Shown: piece after piece, positions 51,460 to 63,571 of the stretch
Layout: each line of letters starts with the position of its first letter
How positions within the stretch are numbered: position 1 is the first letter of the stretch
NCBI GenBank assembly: GCA_965287045.1
Contig: OZ336900.1
Span: 12,772,001-12,836,000, forward strand
Length of the DNA stretch: 64,000 bases
Source: Carcharhinus amblyrhynchos
Lineage: Eukaryota
Reading direction: 5' to 3'
Position numbers and translations under genes: made by a program
Notes under the pieces: generated by a model
Database searches by the model: none
The model's input: only the letters and a program-made list of their open reading frames with translations
What the model was told of the DNA's origin: nothing

Positions 51460-51787
51460 CACCAGCACTGGAGGGAAGTCTTTAAAAGAAAGAGTGGAAG
51501 ACTTGCACTGCATGGAGAAGTGTGAAAGGCCACCATGAGGGAAAAAGGCAAGATGTGCACTGTGGAGGAAGATAAGACTAGCACCGGAGAGAGGAAAGTA
51601 GAAGACTAGCACTGTAAATGGAGGGTTCAAGGCAGCACTGGAGGGAGGGAAGTGGTGGACTTGGACTAGAAAGAGAATATGATGGATTAGCTCTGAAGAG
51701 AGGAAAAAGAATGGCACTGAAGAGAAGAGTGTGGAAAACTAATAGTGGAGGGAAGACATGGGAGATTATTACTGGAGAGAGGAAAGT
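51460..51787. repeat. Degenerate purine-rich minisatellite, ~25-bp unit
   Basis: Recurrent (aagacta)gcactgga-purine run motif, about a dozen times. Confidence 0.7.
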
Positions 51788-52395
51788 CAAATTGAGGACA
51801 GATTAGGGGGTCAGGCCAGAAGCATGGTAGAGTGCGTCCTAGGGTGATCTGCAATGCCGTAACCATCAAATGATATTCTAAATTCATCAACTTAAGTGCA
51901 AGTACGTAGTCTAGGATCTATTACAGGCTACATTTCAAAAATATACAGTGTCAATACCACATTTCTCAATATTACTAATAATCAGTGGCATATCCACAAC
52001 TTGGGTCACAAAATCTTGTCACAGGTTTTTATAAGCCATGGGTTTGTAATCAAAGCTACTCTCAAAATGCCAATTTCTGGGCACTGTGTAAGCTTTTGAA
52101 GCTGTTAGCCAGCTTCTGCAATTTTCTAAATTGACACACAAGATTTTATGAAGCATCCTGCAATCCTTTTGTTCACATTACAGTGCCACATAAGCTAAAT
52201 TTTTGAATCCATTTCTGTTTTGTTTCATGTCAAATGATGCCTTTCCACATATGTGTCAGTCTTCTCAGCAAGTTTATTAATTTCTGGAAAAATACTTGAT
52301 CAGATTGAAGTGATAATTCAATCTGTTAAATTCAAGTAGTAATTAAATTCCTATTTTGATCACACTTACTTTAATGAGTTTTGAAGCATACAATT

Positions 52396-52697
52396 CATAG
52401 AATCCCGACAGTGCAGGAGGCCATTCGGCCTCCATTCTGTTCTGACCACAATCCCATCCAGGCCCTATCCCCACAACCTGACCTATTAATCTCCTGACAT
52501 GAAGGGTCAAATCAGCATGGCCAATCAACCTAACCTGCACATCTTTGGACTGTGGGAGGAAAACAGAGCACCCTGAGGAAACCCACGTAGACACAGGGAG
52601 AATGTGCAAACTCCACATAGACAGTGACCCAAGCCAAGATTCAAACCCAGGTCCCTAGTGTGTGAGGCAGCAGTGCTGAACGCTGTGTCACCGTGCC
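52396..52697 (-). mobile_element. HE1-type V-SINE
   Basis: catagaatcccgacagtgcaggaggccattcggcc ... gtgaggcagcagtgctgaacgctgtgtcaccgtgcc. Confidence 0.9.
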
Positions 52698-53089
52698 GGA
52701 AGAGTAGTTCCAGTCTCAATCTATCATTTACACTCACACTTCTGTGAATTTACTAACTTTAGCCAAATTGCCTAGAGAGGAGATTATCCCACATTATTGC
52801 AACATGCCAAGTGTGGTGTCGACTAGGTAAACACTGCTAATAGCAACCACAGAGATATTTGTGGGAGAGATTATTAAAGATGCCACACATCACACATTCT
52901 CCTCAGGAGTTGAACGTCAATATTTGGGAAAGGAGGTGAGATATATAGAAACGGGACTAGGCCATTCAGTTCCTGCAATCTGTGAGGGAAGAGTAACTTG
53001 AGTTCGGGGTTATTAAATTATTTTTAAAAGGTTAGTTTGACCAGTATGAATGCACAAGTACAATAGACAGCCGACACAATAATTCACTC

Positions 53090-53250
53090 AACAACAACTT
53101 GCATTTATACAACAACTTAAAAACGGTAAAAATGCCCAAAGGTGCACCACAGGAGCATTATTAGATTATATTTGATGAAATCATATTAAAAAATATTAGA
53201 ATAGTACTTCATAAGCTTGGTCAAAACTGAGGAACTTAAAGGAGGTGCAA
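53090..53250 (-). mobile_element. L2-type 3' end
   Basis: aacaacaacttgcatttatac...cccaaaggtgcaccacaggagc..aagcttggtcaaa. Confidence 0.55.
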
Positions 53251-53282
53251 GAATTAGTAATGTAAAAGTAAAGTTAAAAGGA

Positions 53283-53580
53283 AAGTTTATTTATTAGTGT
53301 AACAAGTAGGCTTACATTAACTCTGCAATGAAGTTACTGTGAAATTCCCCTAGATGTCACATTCCAGCGTCTATTTGGGTACACTGGGGGAGAATTTAGC
53401 ATGGCCAATGGACTTAACCAGCATGTCTTTCGGACTGTAGAAGGAAACTGGAGCACCCGGAGAAAACCCACATAGATATAGGGAAAACATGCAAACTCCA
53501 TATAGACAGTGACCAAGCCGGGAATCAAACCCGGGTCCCTGGCGCTGAGAGGCAGCAGTGCTAAACACTGTGCCAGCGTG
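53283..53580 (-). mobile_element. V-SINE with alternative tail
   Basis: Same structure as 23553, 33520 and 36010. Confidence 0.9.
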
Positions 53581-53816
53581 CTACCCTTTAGTGAGTTAGT
53601 GAATTAGTGAGGTGAGGAGGTTTAGGAAGGATATTTCAGTATCCCTATTCAGCTGCCATATGTTGAAACCTTAGTTTACCACCAAAGGACATCATCTAAG
53701 GTACCTGCCATAGTATACTGAGGGAAACTCTAAAACCCCTCAAGTGATACTCTTGTCATGGAGATCGCAAATATCACATCTTAGTGAAATTGCATTGCGG
53801 CACATGCCATAGGCTA

Positions 53817-54012
53817 TATAGAACATAGAACACTACAGCGCAGAACAGGCCCTTCGGCCCACGATGTTGCGCCGACCAGTTAAAAAACAATGACCCACTA
53901 ACCTAAACCAATCCCTTTTCGTCCATAAACCTATCCACGGATCTCTTAGATGCCCCCAAACTAGGCGCATTTACAACTGCAGCAGGCAGGGCATTCCAAT
54001 CCCTCACCACCC
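53817..54012 (-). mobile_element. Short CR1 3' end retaining CpGs
   Basis: atagaacatagaacactacagcgcagaacaggcccttcggcccacgatgttgcgccgacc...ggcagggcattcca..ctcaccacc. Confidence 0.8.
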
Positions 54013-54399
54013 TATGGAATAAAATGAACTCTATTTCACTTTGGGTAATACCCAATTTGAACTGCTATGGAATGCAATTTTAAAAAAGAATAAATGTATA
54101 CTTTGGGCAAAAAAAAAGGTTTACAATCTTCTGGATCATGTGTTGGCAATGTAGGTCTGGAGAGAGATGCAGTGGATTTTATTAAGGTGCATCCCAAACA
54201 GCTCTGTAATGTCAGACTCTGCTCCAGGAACTGTTTCCAGGGATTCACACCAATATCAGTATTAACTGATCAAGTCAGTGAAAGACGCTTTAAACCTACT
54301 GGACTTCTAGTGCAAAGAGCCGCTGATGACCAAGTTTTTCAGCGTGGCACTTTCCAAGGTATAGGACGACATGCTGAGGGATGCATCAAAACTTAGAGG

Positions 54400-54720
54400 C
54401 AGCTGAGTTTGCCATCATCATTTCTGGTCAATCCGGTTTCATTCTGTTTAGTGATTTGAAACAACTGCATGGCTTGCTTGGCTTTTTCAGACTGTATTGC
54501 TGTGGATCTGGAATCACATATAGGCCAGGCTAGGCCTGGGCAGCAGATTTCCTTCCCTGAAGGGCAATCGTGAACCAGAAGATTCTTTACAACAATTGAC
54601 TTGAATTATTGAATTTGCTGTAGTGAGATTTGAACCATCTGCCATGATGGGATGGACAAGCCACCAAAGCGTTACCCTGGTTCTCAAAAGTATTTGTGCG
54701 TTGGCAATACCACTACTCCA
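54400..54720 (-). mobile_element. Decayed tRNA-headed SINE (7741 family)
   Basis: ttgctgtggatctggaatcacatataggccagg...gcagatttccttccctgaaggg..gtgaaccaga. Confidence 0.65.
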
Positions 54721-56769
54721 CTACCATTGTTGTCTATGGAATAAAGTATCAGGTGCCGCATAGAACAGGCAGCCAACTTTTTACTGCCTGTTTTTTCACC
54801 ACTGCCTGCAATGAACTTCTTAGTCAATTTAACTTGTCAATATTTTAGTTCATCATGGTCTATTGACTCTTGTAGTTCACAAGTCTTTTATCAAACTAGA
54901 AGACTCATGCTGACTTTTCTCTCTCAATGATATTTTTTGCAGCAATTGATGCATCATTATTCTTAAAATGATTTAAAATTGCTCCAATTGGAACTTATTT
55001 TATCCACATAAACATAACTTTTGTTATATTTATTGTATTATTTGGATTGTCAGTTCCATTTTATTTGGAGAAATAATCACAAATAATAAGTAAAACTGAA
55101 GTATAAGTTGTTTATTCATTATCTAAATCATGAGAGTTCGGTAGGATGGAGTCAGCAAGAAAGGTAATCTTTCAGCTTGGAAATTGGAATTTGAGGACTA
55201 TATTCCCTGACTTGAAAAATAACCTATATTCCACATTAAGTGTATGCAAGACAGCCTGACTGACTGTGAGTTACTGTAGGATTTTTTTTGTACTTTCTAT
55301 ACGTTATGCTATGAATTCTTTTTATGTGGATTTTATATGAACTGCTGGTAGGTGAAGAGTTAATTCTAAATATACACTTAGGGCTTTTGATCTCTGAGAC
55401 TGGAGTAAAAGTGAACACCATAATGTGATTTGATAGTGTGGAAAGGGGAAGAAAAGTAGGACAGATATCCAAAACTACGTTACCAATTGTGATCAAGGAT
55501 ATGCTTTGAAATGTGTTGGCCAATGGACTTTTGAGGTATAACTAAATGAGTGTGTAAGGGTTATTAAGTTTGTAAATGTTTGTACAGGGAAAAGTCAACG
55601 ATGAACTGTTTAGATGTTGAAGATATCCTGTTCAGTTTATGACCATGAGATATTTGTCTGTGACTAATTAAATAATAAGGACAAAGCACAATGGCAACAA
55701 CAGCACACAGCGGAGGATAAAGTAACTCACTTGAACAGGTTCAAGAATACAAGAAAACACAGGGAGATAAAACTGAAGAGGTATCTCAAGCTGTCCATGT
55801 CCATAGTATGGATGGAAGAAGAATTATCGAGATGAATTTACTGACTGTCTGTCTGTTAAGTACAAACTTTGTTCTTTGATAAGTTGTCCTGATATCTCTC
55901 CATTCAGGGTTTCCTTGTCCAAAATGTATAGCAGGTCTTGAAATCGCTTACATTGCACAAGCTTGATGTTGACAATGTTGTCTACATGAAACCAGATGAT
56001 CTGACACAGGCTCTGTGAGGCTAATTACACCTATTACTGGCATGGAAAGACCACTGAAGACTGCCGTGAGCAGTCAACCAAATCACCAGTAGTAATCTTG
56101 GAGCACCTCATTTCCCTGTGGCTGCCAGTGTGTCTAAACTCTAACTTGGTTTGTCAGCACCTCAAACAAAGACTATTTCAATGGCTGCATAGGTGACGTT
56201 CTGAGTAACATCCCACATGGTGACAAACTATTCATCTTGCTTGACTTCAACACGTGTTGGAGCAGAAATGCAATTCATGACTAACGTGCCTCTGTTGTAT
56301 CGAGGTGGGAAATATTTTTCATAATGGACCACGGTTTCTTGAGCTTTGCGCCCTGAATACATTCTTCCCAGACAGGCATCACCATAAGATATCACCATAA
56401 GAAAACCCAAGGTCTGGACAAATGCACCAATTAGTCTTGGTCATTATAAAGAGTGTGAGCTGCACAGCATTCTCCACACCTGTACCTACTACAATGCAGA
56501 GGACGATACTAACCAATCTCTTCTCAGCAGCAGAGTGAAGGTACAATCCAGAAAGTTTTGCAGCTCCAAACAAGACAGCCCTGCTACACATCAACATCCC
56601 TTGCACAAGCCGTGATGCCAAATGCCAGCACCTCACACTATTGCTAGAACAATTGCTACCCACCAAATGTTTACCAGGAAGCACTGAATGCTGGTATTGA
56701 TGAAGCTCCGAGATCACCAAGCTCAATCATCTATGAAGCAGCAAAACACGGCAAAACACACCAGCAAAA

Positions 56770-56936
56770 TTCTGCGGATGCTGGTAATCTGAAATAAAAT
56801 CAGAACATGCTGGAAAAACTCAGCCGGTCTTGAGGCATCTGTGAAACAGAAACAAAGTTAACGTTTAACTCTGTTTCCTTCATCACAGATGCTACTAACC
56901 TCTGCTGAGGTTTGCAGCATTTGTTCCTTTTATTTC
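56770..56936. mobile_element. Penelope-derived palindrome (family of 37195/46411)
   Basis: gaaataaaa..atgctggaaaaactcagc..gcatctgtga folds on tcacagatgc..gctgaggtttgcagcat..ttttatttc around aaagttaacgtttaact. Confidence 0.7.
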
Positions 56937-57741
56937 TGGTTTGAGGCCTATTCATATGTGATAGTATCAATCATTGATATAAAAAAAATGAAGTCCGCAT
57001 GATGCACAGCATAAACCCAACAGCTAAAACATTGCATGACCTGAATAGCCAAGACGACCACGCAAAAGACAGGGAGACATTGCGCAAAAAAAATCAAATT
57101 TATGTCAAAAAATCCAAACTGTCCCTGACAATGGAAATCTATGAGTTGTGTACAAAGGGATCAAAAGGATGCTTGGCCCTGCCATTACCAATTTTGCTCC
57201 CCTGAAGCTGGCAGATGGTGAAGCGCACGCTGACAAAAGGAATATCGCACTGGGCCGAACACTACTGTGAGCTGTGCTCCTGTGACATCAGTTGAAGATC
57301 TGAGAGCTCCTGTCATTCCCTGACAGTTTTGGAGTGAAGAATACAGTAAAACATGACCCCGTCCTAACCGCCACTTTGGTATCTGTTGCTCCATGATCCT
57401 GATCTTTGCCTTCCCTTCCAACTGGAAAGGGGAGTTCACATGCATCCTAGGTCAGAAAGCAAGCTCTATAATCTGCTGAGACTGAAAACAAAGGCAAAAA
57501 CACATAGTGGCCTAATTAGAGAACTCTATGCTGAAGATGTTGTGCTAGTCACCTACACGGCAATCAGCTACAAAGCCTCCTGCACTGTCTCTCCCACGTC
57601 TGCCGCGTGTTCTCTTATACTTTAAATGTCAAGAAAGTTGTGCTCAGAGCCGAAGGCCTTGCATCTCTGCTACTAACCACACTAAGCATCACTCCACTGG
57701 ATGTGGTCAGCAAAATCTGCTATCTAAGGTCCAAAGCAGGC

Positions 57742-57955
57742 AGTGACATAGTGGTACTGGGCTAGTCATTCCAGAGATCTAGAGTGATGCTTTGGGGACG
57801 CTGATTTGAATCCCACCATGCAAATGGTTAAATTTGAATTTAATCGAAATCTGGAATTGAAAGTTTAATCATGACTATGAAACCATTGTCGAATGTTGTA
57901 AAAAGCCATCTGGTTCACTAATATCCTTTAGGAAAGGAAATCTGGTCTGGCCTAC
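57742..57955 (+). mobile_element. tRNA-headed SINE fragment (7741 family)
   Basis: gacatagtggta..tttgaatccc..catctggttcactaatatcctttagg. Confidence 0.75.
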
Positions 57956-58479
57956 ACGGGAACACTTGGCTTAAATGGACTGGGTACTTACACAGGGTGT
58001 GAAATGCTTGCAGACCCAAGGACCTTCTGTGTGGTGAGGAAGCTGGAGTCAAATGATTAATGTGATGCTCAAAGTCACTTGCAAACATGAAAAGAAGAAA
58101 AAATGACTATCACACCTGGGAGACACCGTCTGGTAAAAGAGGAAAATGGCAACACCTCCTGGGCTGGCATTGGCTATCACAATGATCAATGACTATGGCA
58201 GTTTGACAACAGATGCCAATGCTGAAACAATCACCCAAAATGTGTTTTCATATGCAGTGCTTCAGGTAAAACCAGCCTCTCAAAGCTTGGCCTTCATACT
58301 CATCAGCAAAGGTACACCAAATTAAGACATTAATTTGGCATGGATTACATCATTTCTCGTAGATGGAAGAATGCCAACAATATTTTTCAGAAAAGGTTGC
58401 GATTGGAAGGGTGGTCTTCATGAACCAATCTAATTGCTGACTAACAGATCTCTAATTTGACATGGTGTTTTTTCCTTCA

Positions 58480-59200
58480 GCAGTTCCATGATGTCAGCCA
58501 AGTGAAGAAAGGGTTCATCAAGCAACACTCATTCAACAACAACCTGCTCACCAACAAAGAGTTTGATTCCACCACAGCCACTCAGCTCCTAGTCTCATTA
58601 CAGCCTTGGTCCAAAAATGGATGGAACAGCTGTACTCAGGAGGTGAGGAGAGAGTGATTGCCCTTGAAATCAAGGCAGTATTTGATCAAGTGTGGCATCA
58701 AGAAGCTGCAGCAAAACTGGAGTCAATGAGAATTGGGAGGAAACTCCAAACAGGGTGGAGTCATACCTAGCACAAAGGAAGAGAGTTGCGGATATTGGAG
58801 GACAACGCCTTTTATGGGCTGGCATAGACTACTACAATGACCAGTTGCTATCATTATTGCAGAAGCTCTTCAGGGGCATGTCCAAGGCCTATCCACCTTC
58901 AACTGCTTCAGAAATAACCTTCCTTCTACAATAAGGTCAGAATTGGGGATCATAGGAAGAATCATAGAAATCCTACAGGGCAGGAGGAGGCCATTCGGTA
59001 ATCGAGTCTGCACCGACAACAATCCCGCTCAGGCTCTCCTCCTGAAACCCCACGTATTTACTCTGCTAATCCCACTAACAAACACATTCTGGGACACTGA
59101 GGCAATTTAGCATGGCCAACCAATCTAACCTAAGGATGTTTGCTAATAACTGCACAATGTTCACCACCATTTGCAACCGCTCATCTACAGAAATAGTCCA
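58480..59200 (+). mobile_element. CR1-group LINE RT fragment (22017 family), split by HE1
   Basis: NNNLLTN.EF, IALEIKAVFDQVWHQ; resumes ggatgtttgctaataactgcacaatgttc (FADD-like) after 59132. Confidence 0.8.
58951..59132 (-). mobile_element. HE1-type V-SINE, 3' half
   Basis: atcatagaaatcctacagggcaggaggaggccattcgg...ggcaatttagcatggccaaccaatctaacct. Confidence 0.85.
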
Positions 59201-60268
59201 TATAGTCTAACTTCTGAGTGCATTGTGTCTATCAGCCTGACCACAGCAAGGACACACACCAAGCCCATTAATGGGTAGTTGCACTTAATGAACATCAGCA
59301 GAAAACTGCATCTCTGCAACCAAATCCAGACCGAGACTTAACCCTGGATGAATGAGTATCTATTCACATAAAACTTTGTAGCAGTTGTCAATCCACACAC
59401 ACCTCCGAGTTTCCTTATTGCCAAATTGTAGATCCATGCAATAAGAAATAATAGAAGCTGTGTAAATCAAATAGTAATGTGCGAGCTATCTTTATATCCT
59501 ACACATCAAACTTCAGTGCTTCAATCTTACTAGTCACCGAATGCTTAATTCACAACCTCATGCAAAAGAATGTGCCTGCTGGGAGCTTGGTGAGTGCTAT
59601 ATGCAGATAAGTTTGGTTTTAGGCTGCAAACTAAACAGAAAACTCCAAAATAATACTGATCTCTATTCAGCCCAAATAACAGTACTTCTATCAATCTTCA
59701 TTAAGATACCACTTTATACTCTAATGTGCTTGCCTTGTCTTAGTTTCGCTATCATCTGCACCTTGCAGCCAGTATTGATCAGTATTGGATTGAGGATCGC
59801 AGGTGTTCCTCTATTCTACTGGTCAAAATGCAAGTGACAGCAGTTCACTGCTCACTACTGATGTCACTGTGTCTGCTAACTTGCTTTTCTCACTTCCTCA
59901 GCCAGTGATATCAGTTAATAGCATGCACAAACCATGGCTTTCTCTATAGATTTGCATTTTGTGCCCACACAGCGAATGTATGGGGATGCAAACTGTTTTC
60001 TTTAAATCACAGAACCAACCAACATGGGGGAAATGGTGACAAACAATACAGGAAATGCCCATTCTGTTTCACTTGTATCTTCAGGCCTTCATTTTTGTAC
60101 AATTGCACTTGAATAGAATATAGATGTCTTCTCCCCTCTGTTCCCACCTCCCCCTGCCAACTTTGTGACTTACAGCAATGGGATCTTCACATGCCAACAG
60201 AGAAAAATACAGACATTTCCTGCAATGGGCCAGCTCTTTCTGGTCATCTGCACAAATAAAACCAGATG

Positions 60269-61294
60269 TTCCTCTAACTGTTGCAGGGCCACTTGGATAG
60301 TGCTAGCATCCTCTCCTCCTAACTTTGTGAAGTATGCAGGCCAGATAAGACATCCTACTCCTGACTCATCCAGTGGGTGGAAAATCTGATCCAGTTGGTT
60401 AAAAGCACAGCAGCTGGTTAAGAAAGGGGGAGAGTAAAAATTGAGACTATGATCAAAAAGACTGAAGTTAGATTAGAACCTGGTGACTGAATTGCAACGA
60501 TGGAAAAAGAAACGTCAAGGGCGTTTGACGTGACCAAAACCCCAAACTTTTCGGAAGCTGTGGCTGGCATAAGGCCAGGAAAATAAAGGCACAGAGAGGG
60601 TGAAGGCCCTGAGGGTCTTCTGGTGTTCACAGCCAACTCAATCACTTACTGAAAAGATATTCCATGCCACAAATGATGCAATTATATCATCAGGTTGGGT
60701 AAGTAAGTGAAAACATGGGGAATGTTCATGCAGATGGAGAATAACACTGAAAGCATGACTCATTTCCGTATCATAAATAACCACATAACATAAAAGAACA
60801 AATGAATGAGACAGCAATTAAAACCAGCTAGTTGCAATATTCCTCTCACGGTAATCCCGCGTCTCCTGTCACTCCATTCCCCAGATCAAATTATCCGCAG
60901 TGATTGAATGAAAGGGGGGTGCTGCATTGACACTCAATACACTATTCACAAGGAAACATCTGTAAAAGACTGGGTGAATTGAAATTGTGAATCCATTAGT
61001 GAAGTGTCTAAATCTGCGTTCTTTGCAAAGCAGACGCGTGCACACAAAGCAACAATGCACCACAGGTGAAATTCTGTTGCCAGGTCTAGATCTAAGTTCA
61101 GCCTTCCTAATCACAGTCTCATTTTTTATTCTCTCCTTTCTTTATCCAGCTGCTATGCTTTGAAACAACTGGATCAGATTTTCTACCCACTGGATAAGTC
61201 AGGAGTAGGATGTCTTACCAGGCCTGCATGCTTCACAGAGTTAGGACAAGAGGATGCTAGCACTATCCACATAGTTCTAAGACAGGGAGAGGAA
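60269..61294. repeat. Long inverted repeat: arms ~60269-60493 and ~61070-61294, unique spacer
   Basis: Core 60294-60397 equals the reverse complement of 61166-61269 at 96/104 by hand count, ungapped. Confidence 0.95.
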
Positions 61295-62269
61295 TGATAA
61301 GCATTGAGTCTCTAAGTAGACATGAGGGAGGTGCTGGAAAGTCATCAATAGGGAGGCAGTAGAAATGGAGAGGTAGGAGGAGAGTGGTCAGGGTTCAGGC
61401 TGGCTATGAGATTAATCCCTTACAAAACTGGAAATGTTTGCTGTTTCCAGAGGTTTGGATTAGTTGAAAAACCTATTATTGCCGAGTCACATCTTCTCAT
61501 TTGCAACACAGAGCACTTCCTCCTAAATTCATGTCACTGTAGTCCTAATAGGTGCCAAACACTAAGAAATAGTTGAGGGCATTGGCACCTCCAGTGAACA
61601 TCTGGCCGATTCACTGATTTAATTAGGGCTTTGAAAAAACACCAGCTACTTACACCAACTAAAGAAGAGGTGAGGAGTGAGAAAGGTTACATCATAAGGA
61701 GAATCACAGAACATCAGAGTTTCAACTGAGCTGGGAGGGAATAATATGGAAGTATTTTTCTCCAAAGATGATGGCATCAAATCTGCTGAGCTGAGAAGCC
61801 CATCCACTAAAATAATAGTGCATCCATTTTAAAAAAATAAATGATTCAAAAGCACTGGTGTCACATAAAAGCACTGAGAGAGAATTGCACCTCTTGTTGC
61901 AGGTAGGAAACAAAGTTGAAAGGATCCAACAGTCAATTTACACCATGCAGGATATGCGGTGTGATGTGACGAACACCCTGGTGTGTCCAGGAGATGCCAA
62001 CAGCATCAAGACGCTGGGAAGAGGACAACTTACTTACAGATTGGCAGTAATGACTGTTTCTGGTGATGCGTTGAAGAATAATTGCTCAGGGTTTTCAGAG
62101 TTTAGCTGGAACTATTTGGCCTGCTCTCACATACTAATAGGTTGCAAGAAATGTTTGAAAATGCTGCAATTTCATGTGATAGTGACTATATCAAAGTAGA
62201 TTCCTCCAATGCTAGCTTATGACGATGCCTCTGAACTGAGCCTGGCAGTTAGGATGTGATTACACTAGA

Positions 62270-62725
62270 GAGCGTGCAGACAAGGTTAAGGAGAATGTAT
62301 CAGGAATGTGAAATTTTAGCTATGAGGAAAGATTGGACATGCTAGGTTTTCTCTGGAAACAAGGAGGCTGAGGGGAGATTTAATTGAGGTGTATAAAGTT
62401 CTGAAGGGCCTAGATTGAGTGTATAGGAAGATCAATCTCTCTTAGCTGAGGGGTCAATAATCAGGGACATAGAGTTCAAGTACAGGAAAAAGGCAGAATG
62501 AATTGAATTTTTCTTTACGGAAGAAGTGGTGGATGTCTCGGATTCACTGCCTGAAATGGTGGTGGAGGTGGAGACAGAACATTTTATCACATATAAAAAG
62601 TGTACATATAATGTACACTTGGAACCTACAGGGCTATGGATCAAGAACAGGAAAGTGGGTTAAGTTGGATAAGCTTTTTTTTGGTCAGCACAAAATATTG
62701 GGTCAGATAGCATCCTTTTTGCCTT
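62270..62725 (+). mobile_element. CR1 LINE 3' fragment
   Basis: ctagagagcgtgcag..agctatgaggaaagattgga..aggctgaggggagatttaattgaggtgtataa. Confidence 0.8.
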
Positions 62726-63571
62726 TTTCCAATGCCATTTTTATGGAATTGGATTCACAAGTGGCATGGCAGCAAAAGTAGACCCATCACTGAGAAGGCA
62801 GCAATCTCAGTTCCAATGCATATCTAGCTACGAGCCTCACAACCTTCCTGGTGCTGACAAAGCACCACATTGGAGTAACATCCTTGGGTTATTTTTCATA
62901 GTGGTAAGCAATAGCAATAGTAAGCCATAATGAAGGGAAATTAAAGAAGAGTGCACTTTTGGCAGTTTGGTTTGTGTGTGTGTTTTTTCTCAATGCAAGC
63001 TTCCTGTTACTTATTATATACAATGTTTCAAATTTGCAATGATCTTCACTGAGAGAATATAAGCATTCACAGATTTGAGATCAGTTATCTTAGAGGCAAG
63101 GGATAAGAAAGCATAACTTGTGGTATACAAATGAAGGACACCTGGAAGAAGTTGCTAATAATCTCCTAAATAATGCACATTTTGTTGATGATATGCAGAT
63201 CTTTCTCCCCTGGACATCTCTACCTTGATCATCTCGACTTTGCTTCTTCAGCTTTTGTGTTTTGAAGCTCAGTCCAATTACAAAGGCAAGCTATTACAAG
63301 GGTGGTTCCCCTTGACTTGTCCACTCAATAGAATCAAAGTATGATTCTGTTCAATTATTTTGCAGATAACAACCTAGGTTATGCTGCATCTGCTTTCAAA
63401 ATTGAGCCTTGGATGACAAATTAGCCAAAGCTAACATATACCTCTGGTCTCCAAACCATCATTTTGTCATATAGCTGTGGCTGATCAGTGCAGGTGTCCT
63501 GGATTGTCTTAGGAGAAAAAACATTATTACTGTATAGCACACACTTAAATGCAAGGGTGGGTTGCATTACA

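Larger units (their letters stand above)
56190..58380 (+). mobile_element. Decayed RTE-clade LINE with nested insertions
   Basis: Endonuclease KLFILLDFN..VGA and PRSGQMHQL. RT GVHMHPRSESKLYNLLRLKTKAKT..LIRELYAED (RTE-type GKLFNLRRL..RELLFADD). 3' end catcatttctcgtagatggaagaatgcc. Confidence 0.75.

Noticed and set aside
51460-51787. CRISPR-like array
   Set aside because: The repeats are degenerate, the spacers are mutually similar purine runs, the context is vertebrate, and there are no cas genes.
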